From a virus (Duplodnaviria; Caudoviricetes): a stretch of DNA of 24,271 nucleotides. A model generated the notes under the pieces. The model was not told the DNA's origin. It did no database searches and was given only the letters and a program-made list of their open reading frames with translations. The position numbers and the translations under genes were made by a program. Below, piece after piece: positions 16,336 to 24,271 of this stretch (positions are counted from its first letter, which is position 1; every line of letters starts with the position of its first letter). The stretch covers positions 1 through 24,271 of IMG/VR virus record IMGVR_UViG_3300020368_000009; one strand, written 5' to 3'.

Positions 16336-18226
16336 ACTACTTAATGAAGATCCAAATCTCCATTTAACACACCTGGAAGACCTGGCACTTTTCCAAGGTA
16401 AAGATGGTGCTGTGAAGGCAGTTGACTATCTGAACAATCTTGCAGAGTTGGCACAGAGTGGTAGTAGTAAGAAATTTAACGGATTAACAATCAAGTGGGA
16501 TGGAAGTCCTGCTATATTCTGTGGTAAAGATCCTGCAGATGGAAAGTTTTTTGTAGGTACAAAAGGTGTATTCAACAAAGACGCCAAGTTAAACAAGACA
16601 CCAGAAGACATTGATGCCAATCATGCAGACACAGTGCAAAAAGGCGAAACTAAAGAAAAATCTGGACTTCGTAATAAATTAAAAACAGCACTTGCAGAGT
16701 TATCTAAATTAGGTATAGAAAATGTTTTACAAGGAGACTTACTTTTTACAGAAGGAGATCTTAAGCCGATATCATACAAAGGCGAGTCGTATATTGCTTT
16801 CAAGCCAAACACAATAACATATGCAGTTCAGTCTGGAAGTGAAACAGCAGAAAAAATGCAGAATGCTAAAATTGGAGTGGTATTTCATACAGCATATTCA
16901 GGAGAAAGTTTAGATAGTATGTCAGCAAGTTTTGATGTTGACATATCAGGCTTACAACAAAATTCAAGTGTCTGGTTTGATGATGCTTACATAAAAGATT
17001 ACACAGGTGTCGTAAATTTAACCACGGGAGAATTTCAAGCTATACAAAAAGCAATCGGTGAAGCTAAAAAATATTTAGGACAAGCAGGTGATATATTCAG
17101 TTGGTTTGAATCAACAGGAATACCTGCTAAAAAATTAAAAGACTTAATTCATGCTAATCACAATAACATGATTAGAGCAGGAAATATAGAACAAGATCCT
17201 GCAACTTTTTTTAATAACTTTGCAACTGATTATGAACAAAGAATTGAAAAAGAAATTGAAGGTTTAAAAACTGGTAGAGAAGGTCCTGCAGGACAGCGTA
17301 GATTGGTCAACTTGGAACAATTTAAGAAAGCCTATTTTGCAAATAAGAATAATATTCAAGCATGGTACAGTTTATGGTTAAAACTATCGTCAATCAAAAA
17401 TACAATATATCAAAAATTAAAAAATATAAAGGCCATTGATGCTTTTGAATTACAAGGTGATGAGTATGTTGTGAGAGATCAAGAAGGATTTGTCGCAGTA
17501 GATAGAGTAGGAAAAGCAATTAAGATAGTTGATAGACTAGACTTCAGTAGAAAGAATTTTGCAAAAGAAGGACTACAATTATCTCTTGTCAACAGTATTA
17601 CAGAAAGCAGAGCATTTAGGACAAGACAAGACATAGGAAAGTATTCAGCGAGTGATGTAGGAAATATAATTTATTCTTATTTTTTAGGTCTTATAATAAT
17701 GCATAACGAATTCAAGTATAAAAGAATATCTCAACAGTATGCTTCAAGGACAGCAAGTTACGGTAACTTTGATTTCTTTAGAAACAACGGCACAGACCTT
17801 TATTTGTTGATACACAGCATAATTGGATCGGGATCTATAATACAGTTTAAAAATGATGCCTCTAGTAAAAAATACATTGAAAGATTACAATCGAATGCAA
17901 TGTCTATGAGAGAGATGTTAAACATTTTAGCTAGAAATGATTTACCAGATCTGACTAGAAATCTTTTAAGATTTGAAAGAGAATTAAAAGTTAGTGATTC
18001 ATTGCTCAAGAAAGTCAGACGACTAGTTACTGATTATGAAAAACTGAAACAAAAAGAAAGACAAAACATAGTAATAAAAATAGAGCAGTATCTAAGACGT
18101 AGTGTGCCAAAAAGCGAATTATATAATATAATGAAAGACATGGCAAGAGAACGAGAATTAAAAAATAGAGTAACAATGAATCAAAAGAAACTACCTAAAA
18201 ACGTTGCCGTCGGGGCAAAAAGATAA
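16322..18226 (+). CDS. Phage protein with ligase/covalent nucleotidyltransferase-like motifs (DUF6267-like from recall) plus a helical C-terminal domain
   Basis: HLTHLED, TIKWDGSPA, LQGDLLF, QEGFVAV, KIVDRLDFSR; about 210 further residues after SITESR. Confidence 0.6.
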   Translation: MKANELLNEDPNLHLTHLEDLALFQGKDGAVKAVDYLNNLAELAQSGSSKKFNGLTIKWDGSPAIFCGKDPADGKFFVGTKGVFNKDAKLNKTPEDIDANHADTVQKGETKEKSGLRNKLKTALAELSKLGIENVLQGDLLFTEGDLKPISYKGESYIAFKPNTITYAVQSGSETAEKMQNAKIGVVFHTAYSGESLDSMSASFDVDISGLQQNSSVWFDDAYIKDYTGVVNLTTGEFQAIQKAIGEAKKYLGQAGDIFSWFESTGIPAKKLKDLIHANHNNMIRAGNIEQDPATFFNNFATDYEQRIEKEIEGLKTGREGPAGQRRLVNLEQFKKAYFANKNNIQAWYSLWLKLSSIKNTIYQKLKNIKAIDAFELQGDEYVVRDQEGFVAVDRVGKAIKIVDRLDFSRKNFAKEGLQLSLVNSITESRAFRTRQDIGKYSASDVGNIIYSYFLGLIIMHNEFKYKRISQQYASRTASYGNFDFFRNNGTDLYLLIHSIIGSGSIIQFKNDASSKKYIERLQSNAMSMREMLNILARNDLPDLTRNLLRFERELKVSDSLLKKVRRLVTDYEKLKQKERQNIVIKIEQYLRRSVPKSELYNIMKDMARERELKNRVTMNQKKLPKNVAVGAKR

Positions 18227-18588
18227 TGTATTCTTACAACTCGGTAAAACACAATTATCTACAAGTGGGTGAGTCATTGGAAATTTACGGTATTTCTACT
18301 AAATTGCCATTAAGTTACACAGGTCCGGATGTGCAGACAGACAGTGAAAAAGACTTTGATCATTTAAAACAGTTGATAGGAATATACGGAAAGATACTAT
18401 TTTTCACTGCACCAATACTAAAAAATGACAGTTATGAATTTAAATTTGGAGTAGAACAGCCGAATTTGTTTGCACTAAAAAGCGATGATGTGGGGGTTTT
18501 AAAGAAAAGATTAAACAACCTAGTTATGTTTGCAGATACTATTTGTACAGAAGGAGTAAATAGTAATACTTGGATAAGCAAGTTTTAA
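18226..18588 (+). CDS. Hypothetical protein (120 aa)
   Basis: TAATG-coupled ORF. Confidence 0.7.
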   Translation: MYSYNSVKHNYLQVGESLEIYGISTKLPLSYTGPDVQTDSEKDFDHLKQLIGIYGKILFFTAPILKNDSYEFKFGVEQPNLFALKSDDVGVLKKRLNNLVMFADTICTEGVNSNTWISKF

Positions 18589-18601
18589 GGAGCAGAACAG
18601 T

Positions 18602-18886
18602 ATGGATAGAATACCGCCAAAACCAGCAGTACAAAAAGCTCAAGTATCACCTACTACAGATGCACTAGAGCATAGTAGTTTAGAAGTACACGTAGCTTTA
18701 AGCCGTGAAAGGCATGAAGAAATTAACTCAAGATTTGACCGTGTTGAAGCACACATGGACAAATTAGAACACAATATGGAAAAAGGTTTTGCAAAGATAG
18801 AAAAGATCATCATGTGGACAGCAGGAACTATGTTTTTTACCTTGATGACTATCTTGTTAACAACAGTGTTTGGAAAAGCGTTATAA
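18602..18886 (+). CDS. Coiled-coil protein with one C-terminal transmembrane helix
   Basis: SD AAGGAG at 18587-18592; heptads INSRFDRVEAHMDKLEHNMEKGF; hydrophobic IIMWTAGTMFFTLMTILLTTVF. Confidence 0.75.
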   Translation: MDRIPPKPAVQKAQVSPTTDALEHSSLEVHVALSRERHEEINSRFDRVEAHMDKLEHNMEKGFAKIEKIIMWTAGTMFFTLMTILLTTVFGKAL

Positions 18887-18887
18887 A

Positions 18888-19199
18888 ATGAGAATAGAAG
18901 AAGTCACAGGTACATCACAGATTTTTGGAAAGTACAAAGACAAAGTAAAAAGAAGATACAGATGTACATCTGGTCCTAGAAAAGGTAGACAGGTGGCAGA
19001 TCCGGCAACTTGCTCAGCACCCATTAACATTAAAAAAAGAATGGACTTCAGAGCAACAAGAGCCAAGAAAAAAGGTATACAAGGTGCAAGATCAGGATAT
19101 ACAAAGAAATATAATCCAACAAGTAAGATTGCAAAAAAATTAAACGTGGCAGTTAAGAAAACAAGAAGAGCCAACCCAGTGAAGTTAAAGAAAAGATAA
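18888..19199 (+). CDS. Very basic small protein, paralog 1
   Basis: ATG 18888 (MRIEEV) just after the upstream stop is preferred over TTG 18870; RYRCTSGPRKGRQVADPATCSAP. Confidence 0.8.
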   Translation: MRIEEVTGTSQIFGKYKDKVKRRYRCTSGPRKGRQVADPATCSAPINIKKRMDFRATRAKKKGIQGARSGYTKKYNPTSKIAKKLNVAVKKTRRANPVKLKKR

Positions 19200-19200
19200 T

Positions 19201-19488
19201 ATGCTTATAAGTGACCTTATAGATGTAACAGAGACAAAGATGATATTTGGCCGTAAAGGTAAGTCGGTTGTTAAAAAGTATCGTTGTAGCTTTGGTCGTA
19301 AAAAAGGAAGGATAGTATCAAACCCTAGTGTTTGCAGTGCTCCTTTAGATCTTAAAAAGCGTATGACAATGAAGAAGATGAAAGCACGTATGGGAGCTAG
19401 ACTGCAAAGAAAAATTAAATTTACAAAGAAATTCAACCCAGCTTCAAGAAGAGTTGCGGCGATGAACAAATCATTGAGAAGAAGATAA
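19201..19488 (+). CDS. Very basic small protein, paralog 2
   Basis: KYRCSFGRKKGRIVSNPSVCSAP, clearly similar to the preceding ORF. Confidence 0.8.
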   Translation: MLISDLIDVTETKMIFGRKGKSVVKKYRCSFGRKKGRIVSNPSVCSAPLDLKKRMTMKKMKARMGARLQRKIKFTKKFNPASRRVAAMNKSLRRR

Positions 19489-19721
19489 TGTCTAATTTTA
19501 AAGAAAACATGAATAAAGTAGTTAAAGATCTAACTAAAAAAGAGCAATTAAGTAAACAAATAAGTTCGTTGATCAATAGAAGTGAAGACGAAATACTAGA
19601 TAAAACAAAAAAATTGCGGTTAGGAGACTATTTTAACTTGATTTCTAGCGTAAGATCAAGTAATATAAAACAAATAGAAAAGATATTAGATTTAAACAAT
19701 GATGCAAACAGACAAAACTAA
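19488..19721 (+). CDS. Hypothetical protein (77 aa)
   Basis: TAATG-coupled ORF. Confidence 0.65.
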   Translation: MSNFKENMNKVVKDLTKKEQLSKQISSLINRSEDEILDKTKKLRLGDYFNLISSVRSSNIKQIEKILDLNNDANRQN

Positions 19722-20394
19722 CACAGATAGAAGTTATCCCAATTACAGTTCAGCCAGATCTGCACTGGAACATTTTAGATTGATCGGAGTGCTTTTTAAG
19801 TACACTGGTATTCCTGCCAGCTATCTACAACATATAAAAAATGAGATAGCACGTTTTGATCAAGTGAAACAGCAGTCGAAACAAACTGCTCATAACTTGA
19901 AAAATGTTAAAGATAAACTAGGCGAATTAATAGAAAAAGCCGTAGTAAATCATTTAGATGATGATACTTTTAGTTTGTCTCTCAAAACAAAGAAAACGCC
20001 AAATGGTGTTGAGATCGACAAATATCATATAACGACATATGTTGATAATAAAACAAAAGACAAGGTATATGATGTGTTAGATACTGAGTCTGATGATGTA
20101 GTTTATTATGACATACATCTTTATGAAATTGCATTCTTGCTGACAGCAAATTCAATAGATGGACAAGCGAAAAAGTCTAAACCTAATCAAGAACTGTTGA
20201 AGAATAACTTGCAAATTTCACAATTAAAGCATTCTATACGTGAAAATAAGAAGAAATTACATAGTGTAAACACCACTGAATTAGAGAAGGAAGCAATAAA
20301 TCCTATAGTACAGAGCTTGGTTAATCAGCTAAACGTGGTAAAACAGCTTGTTAACGCACAATACAAACACAGAATAAATACCAAGAAAGCATAA
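19699..20394 (+). CDS. Hypothetical protein (231 aa)
   Basis: ORF in the operon; partly coiled-coil. Confidence 0.7.
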   Translation: MMQTDKTNTDRSYPNYSSARSALEHFRLIGVLFKYTGIPASYLQHIKNEIARFDQVKQQSKQTAHNLKNVKDKLGELIEKAVVNHLDDDTFSLSLKTKKTPNGVEIDKYHITTYVDNKTKDKVYDVLDTESDDVVYYDIHLYEIAFLLTANSIDGQAKKSKPNQELLKNNLQISQLKHSIRENKKKLHSVNTTELEKEAINPIVQSLVNQLNVVKQLVNAQYKHRINTKKA

Positions 20395-20397
20395 ATA
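20390..20397 (+). promoter_or_regulatory. Late-type promoter CATAAATA (second copy AATAAATA at 20373-20380)
   Basis: Ends 8 nt before ATG 20406; no SD. Confidence 0.5.
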
Positions 20398-20405
20398 AAA
20401 TTGTT

Positions 20406-21182
20406 ATGAAATTAAATGACCTACAATCTACATACGAAACCAAGATTTCTAAGATAAATCACTGGTTACAAGAAACGTATGGCTTCAAAGTGTTCGATAA
20501 AATTGACGTAGAGAAGTTATTCCAGGTGAAGGCAGACTTAGACGCTCAAAGAGAGTCTTTAAAAAACAGTCTTCCTTTCAACTCATATCATGCACATCCT
20601 GACTATGCAAAAAATATATTGTTATCAGAAGCAATAGTTTTAATGATAGGACAGGTACCAGATGATGCAATGGACCAGATGAAAAACGCAGATGGTGAAG
20701 ACAGTCCAGTAGGAAGTGTTGACACTGATATTCCTATGCCAGAATCTAAAGAAACTGTGAAAGAACAGGAAGATTTAGAGAAAGCAGAAACAGTATTAGC
20801 AAGTCAGCAAATGGTTGATGAGTTTCAACAAATAATTGAAGACCTAGGTAAAATGCAAAATGAAACATTAGGTGCATTAGTTGATAGAATGACTTATGAG
20901 TTCGGAGCAGAAGCATCAGCATCTTTTAGAGACAACATGAATACAACTATTCAAGGTTTACTAGACGGTGCCAGAGAAGCTAAAGAAAATGCACAGAACG
21001 AAGTGTTAAAGTTACAAGGTGAACAGCCAGCTACAACAATGGATACTGATGTTGACGGTGCAATGGACACGGACACGGACACAACAGGTGATGATTCATT
21101 AGAATTAGATGAACCAGCATCAGGTGATGAAGCAGGATCGGGTCCTTTGGAAGAGCCACTAGGTAGAGCCAAAAAAGCGTAA
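20406..21182 (+). CDS. Acidic helical protein, possibly prohead core/scaffold-like
   Basis: Helical segments with acidic disordered linkers and a basic end (LGRAKKA). Function is inferred. Confidence 0.6.
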   Translation: MKLNDLQSTYETKISKINHWLQETYGFKVFDKIDVEKLFQVKADLDAQRESLKNSLPFNSYHAHPDYAKNILLSEAIVLMIGQVPDDAMDQMKNADGEDSPVGSVDTDIPMPESKETVKEQEDLEKAETVLASQQMVDEFQQIIEDLGKMQNETLGALVDRMTYEFGAEASASFRDNMNTTIQGLLDGAREAKENAQNEVLKLQGEQPATTMDTDVDGAMDTDTDTTGDDSLELDEPASGDEAGSGPLEEPLGRAKKA

Positions 21183-21194
21183 GTAAGGTAGACA

Positions 21195-21470
21195 ATGGCA
21201 GTAAGACAGATTAGACTTTTAGGATCAGAGGTTACTTTAACATCAGCATCGACTATAGGTGATGCCGAATGTGTGAGACTGTTTAATGGTAACTCGGTTA
21301 CCGCAGGAACAGTGAACGTTATAACACATAAAGATTCTGGTGGTAATACAAAAGGAACGATTAGTTTGTATCCACAGCAAGAAATCATATTAGATAAAAG
21401 TTCCAAAGACACGTTAGAAGCCACTAACGCATCATGCCTAGCAGTATCAATCTTTGATAAGATTAACTAG
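21195..21470 (+). CDS. Small beta-rich hypothetical protein (possible capsid decoration)
   Basis: SD-like AAGGT upstream; GTISLYPQQEIILDKSSKDTL. Confidence 0.65.
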   Translation: MAVRQIRLLGSEVTLTSASTIGDAECVRLFNGNSVTAGTVNVITHKDSGGNTKGTISLYPQQEIILDKSSKDTLEATNASCLAVSIFDKIN

Positions 21471-21473
21471 GCG

Positions 21474-21800
21474 ATGAGAATACAAGAAATCACAGAAAAT
21501 TACTTTGATAAGCTGAGTGCAGATGCAACAAATCTCCTCATGACAGCTCAAGCAAATAACGAAAATGAAATTGATACACAATCCATGGTTGACGAGTTAA
21601 ACCAAATGGGTTACAGTGTAACACCACAATCACTTGCAGGATTATTCAAAAATAACAAACTGGTAAAAAGTATCAATCCTCAGAAAATTACCCTAAACAT
21701 AGATAATGATTTGACACAGTACAGTAAAGATGCTACAATGGATAATGCTAAAAAAGTTGCCAACATGGCAAAGAAAACCATTGATAGAGATATTACCTAG
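21474..21800 (+). CDS. Hypothetical protein (108 aa)
   Basis: ORF starting MRIQEITE. Confidence 0.7.
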   Translation: MRIQEITENYFDKLSADATNLLMTAQANNENEIDTQSMVDELNQMGYSVTPQSLAGLFKNNKLVKSINPQKITLNIDNDLTQYSKDATMDNAKKVANMAKKTIDRDIT

Positions 21801-22477
21801 TGTCATTACTTGTTGAAAAATTTCAATATACAAAATTAAAAAGAACAAACATAGATGGTAAAAGACACTATGTTGGAGAGAACGGTAATCCTGTTCCTAG
21901 TGTGACAACTATACTAGGTGCAACTAAGGATATGACTGCTCTTAATGAATGGAAGCGTAGAGTTGGTAAGGCAGAAGCACAAAGAATAGTAACTGAATCA
22001 GCAAATCTTGGAACAGTGACTCACAGTCATTTAGAAAATTATATAACAGGTGATCCGAGGCCCACAGGCGGTAACATTGTTTACCAACAAGCAAAAAAAT
22101 TAAGCGATATAATAATTGATCAAGGTCTATCAAAAGTAGATGAAGTTTGGGCAATCGAACAGAACTTATGCTTTCCTAACTTATATGCCGGAACGGCTGA
22201 TATGGTTTGCGTATGGGAAGGACAACCTGTGATAGGTGATTTCAAGACTTCTAGAAAAGTTAAAAAGAAAGAATGGATCGAAGAATACTTCATGCAGTGT
22301 GCCGCATACGCCCTAGCACACAACGAAGTTTATGGTACTGATATAAATGCAGGGCTTATTTTTATAGTATCACACAGCGGTGAATACCAGCAATTCCTAG
22401 TAGAAAAAGCAGAATTTAGGAAGTATAATGATATGTGGCTCGATAGAGTTGAACAGTTTTATAAAATCGCTAAATAA
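21800..22477 (+). CDS. PD-(D/E)xK exonuclease (RecB/Cas4/MGME1-like)
   Basis: PSVTTIL, GTVTHSHLE, IEQNL, YAGTAD, IGDFKTS, YFMQCAAYA; GTG start. Confidence 0.88.
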   Translation: MSLLVEKFQYTKLKRTNIDGKRHYVGENGNPVPSVTTILGATKDMTALNEWKRRVGKAEAQRIVTESANLGTVTHSHLENYITGDPRPTGGNIVYQQAKKLSDIIIDQGLSKVDEVWAIEQNLCFPNLYAGTADMVCVWEGQPVIGDFKTSRKVKKKEWIEEYFMQCAAYALAHNEVYGTDINAGLIFIVSHSGEYQQFLVEKAEFRKYNDMWLDRVEQFYKIAK

Positions 22478-22498
22478 TACAGTTAAGGTATTTAGAAT

Positions 22499-24025
22499 AT
22501 GACAACAACATTTGTAAGACTTAAAAATCGTAGAGGTAATAAGGCAGATTTACCAAAGCCGTTAGCAGAAGGTGAATTAGGATTTGCTACGGATACAAGA
22601 GAATTATACATAGGTGGTGGTAATCAGAGTTCAAAGAATCGTATGGTTCAAGTAGATGATTACATAAACTCACAGGTATCGACACAGAGTGACCTAGATA
22701 ACAAGATCGTAACATTTTTACTAACAGGTACAGAACACGTAAAAGGTGATGGCGTTAACGCAAGATCCACTGATCTTAATGGAGGTAGTACCTTGACTTT
22801 TCCTACATCAGGTAAAACATCGACTGGTAATGTTGCGGACTATCAGATCACAAAATTTAGTACAACAGGTATGCCTACAACAATGGCAACTAATACTTAC
22901 ACAATTAGTACAGGATCACCAAACACACTTAGAATAGATTTTACAAATAACAATGTACCAGAAGCAAACTCCGTTGTAGTTTTTACAAAATGGACAGAAG
23001 CAGAAGTGATGTCAGCAGTCAGCACAGCAATTCCATCTATAACAGCAAACGTGGCAGATGCAAACAATGACGTCTATGTTGACTACTCAACAGGAACTGG
23101 ATTCGTTAACATAACTGATGAACACACGTACTTGGCTTTATCGGCACAACCATCATCATCTAGTTATTCCGCCATCAATGCCGGTTCAACTATAAGACAA
23201 CAGAACAGCGGTGCAGAAGGTATATTGAAATATACAGTGGTTCCAGGCACAAGTCAAAATGTATTTAGACTAAGAGATGTTACAGGAACATTCACAACTA
23301 ATGCCGCCGATACTTTAAATGTTGTGGTAAGTGGATTGGGAATTAACTATAGCACAGGTGTATATCCTGGCACTGTTTTTCTTAATACAAAAACAAATAT
23401 CGCATCAACACTTGCAGGTTTGCCTGCAATAGCATCAGCTGGTGTAAACACAGGTTCAGGTACTCCTGCAAACGTTTATATTAGAGGAACACTAGCAAAT
23501 TTAAGTTATCCTTCAGAACCAAATATGCTAACAGTAGATGGTACTTTACTGCTTAAAACAGATTCACCTAAACAAGCAGACTTACTATCAAACTTCTTAA
23601 ACAGAACAGTAGCACAAGGTCCAGGTAAAACTACGGTAGCAAATAATATTAGAATTTACACACAAGATTCTAAACCAGAAATTAACAATAATATCTATTA
23701 CGGTCCTGCCGCACTTTTAAAACTGACATTGAATACTTCTACAACAGATGCAGTTGTAACAAGTTTTGATCTTACAGAATCAAATACCATGTTTGTCGAT
23801 TACAGCTTCAAATATGGAACAGCTCTTGCAGTAGGTACTATAAGAGTGATAGCTACGACATCAGGAGCTGAATTTATTGATGATAGAACAGAGACTGATC
23901 CAACCAGCGACATAACTTTTAGTGCTGACGTAAACTCGGATAAAGTTAGATTACGTTATTCAAACGCAAGTTCCAGCCAAAATGCAACCTTAAGTTATGT
24001 AGTTAAGAGATGGAGAACTGAGTAA
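22499..24025 (+). CDS. Fibre/virion protein with Mtd_N-like N-terminal domain
   Basis: RRG...LPKPLAEGELGFATDTRELYIG N-terminus; T/S/N/G-rich beta body; CTAAATA late-like motif at 22470-22476. Confidence 0.75.
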   Translation: MTTTFVRLKNRRGNKADLPKPLAEGELGFATDTRELYIGGGNQSSKNRMVQVDDYINSQVSTQSDLDNKIVTFLLTGTEHVKGDGVNARSTDLNGGSTLTFPTSGKTSTGNVADYQITKFSTTGMPTTMATNTYTISTGSPNTLRIDFTNNNVPEANSVVVFTKWTEAEVMSAVSTAIPSITANVADANNDVYVDYSTGTGFVNITDEHTYLALSAQPSSSSYSAINAGSTIRQQNSGAEGILKYTVVPGTSQNVFRLRDVTGTFTTNAADTLNVVVSGLGINYSTGVYPGTVFLNTKTNIASTLAGLPAIASAGVNTGSGTPANVYIRGTLANLSYPSEPNMLTVDGTLLLKTDSPKQADLLSNFLNRTVAQGPGKTTVANNIRIYTQDSKPEINNNIYYGPAALLKLTLNTSTTDAVVTSFDLTESNTMFVDYSFKYGTALAVGTIRVIATTSGAEFIDDRTETDPTSDITFSADVNSDKVRLRYSNASSSQNATLSYVVKRWRTE

Positions 24026-24026
24026 A

Positions 24027-24060
24027 GTTATAGTTCCTGTTTATTCATAGGAATTTTAAC
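24027..24060 (+). terminator. Imperfect stem-loop after the fibre gene
   Basis: GTTATAGTTCCTGT-TTATTC-ATAGGAATTTTAAC: 14 positions with one mismatch and two G-U pairs; no strong U-tract. Confidence 0.4.
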
Positions 24061-24102
24061 ATAATTACAGTTGTCCACTAGAAATCTTTTTGTTAAAAAA
24101 GT

Positions 24103-24131
24103 TTGACACTTTTAGATTTTTAGTCTAAAAT
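24103..24131 (+). promoter_or_regulatory. sigma70-type promoter of nrdA
   Basis: TTGACA(24103-24108)-17 bp-TAAAAT(24126-24131). Confidence 0.85.
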
Positions 24132-24159
24132 GTATATATTAACTAAAGAAGAGCGAAAA

Positions 24160-24271
24160 ATGAACAAGAAAGAAGATTTGCATATCATAAAGCGTGACGG
24201 TCGCAGAGAATTACTAGACATCAACAAAGTACACAAAATGACGGAAGCCGCTTGTGAAGGCTTATCCGGAG
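24160..24271 (+). CDS. nrdA: Ribonucleotide reductase large subunit, N-terminal ATP cone (3'-truncated; not in ORF track)
   Basis: MNKKEDLHIIKRDGRRELLDINKVHKMTEAACEGLSG matches the class Ia NrdA ATP-cone start (V.KRDG..E..D..KI......A.EGL.G). Confidence 0.8.
   Translation, partial: MNKKEDLHIIKRDGRRELLDINKVHKMTEAACEGLSG

Noticed and set aside
18870-18887. TTG start for the first basic paralog, as given in the track
   Set aside because: It overlaps the upstream gene; ATG 18888 aligns with the paralog's N-terminus and the shared leader motif.
21065-21082. GGACAC x3 microrepeat
   Set aside because: It simply encodes a DTDTDT acidic linker; in-frame low complexity.
1233-22323. Numerous minus-strand ORFs in the track, plus + ORF 10276..10476
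   Set aside because: They lie antisense to well-supported genes and lack recognisable motifs or start signals; treated as shadow ORFs.
21800-22477. Cas4-like nuclease suggesting CRISPR
   Set aside because: No repeat-spacer array or other cas genes are seen, and the four-Cys Fe-S pattern is lacking; it is a common phage PD-(D/E)xK exonuclease.
22499-24025. Mtd-like N-terminus suggesting a diversity-generating retroelement
   Set aside because: No reverse transcriptase and no template/variable repeat pair are seen in the window; the domain is a generic fibre anchor.
24061-24159. Possible DnaA box (TTGTCCACT) or NrdR box upstream of nrdA
   Set aside because: Two mismatches to the DnaA consensus, single copy; no convincing NrdR palindrome.
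1-24271. tRNAs, introns, inteins or homing endonucleases in terminase, UvsX, UvsW, helicase or ThyX
   Set aside because: The visible parts of these genes are of normal length and uninterrupted; no cloverleaf was seen in the short intergenic spaces.

Overview
AT-rich, densely coding segment of a large tailed dsDNA phage with a T4-like core gene set; almost all genes are on the + strand. In order: 3' end of the large terminase (gp17), an 856-aa acidic probable head protein, gp32 SSB, UvsX, UvsY and UvsW. Then a translationally coupled cluster of Hint-like?, gp62-like, Zn-finger/gp59-like and a 194-aa DnaE-like catalytic core. Then one inverted gene, a virion protein, a degenerate Leu/Glu-dehydrogenase-like ORF, primase, ClpP, ThyX, gp41 helicase, a late block of probable head-associated proteins (including a ligase-motif protein and two basic paralogs), a PD-(D/E)xK nuclease, an Mtd_N-like fibre protein and the start of nrdA. 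Most notable: (1) a miniature family-C polymerase core inside a T4-type replication operon; (2) repeated promoter-to-ATG spacing implying leaderless mRNAs from both sigma70-type and T4-late-type promoters; (3) an apparently dead amino-acid dehydrogenase; (4) a phased GGC repeat leader on gp32; (5) a 20-bp palindrome shared by two convergent stop codons. All protein calls come from motif recognition by eye; no database searches were run.
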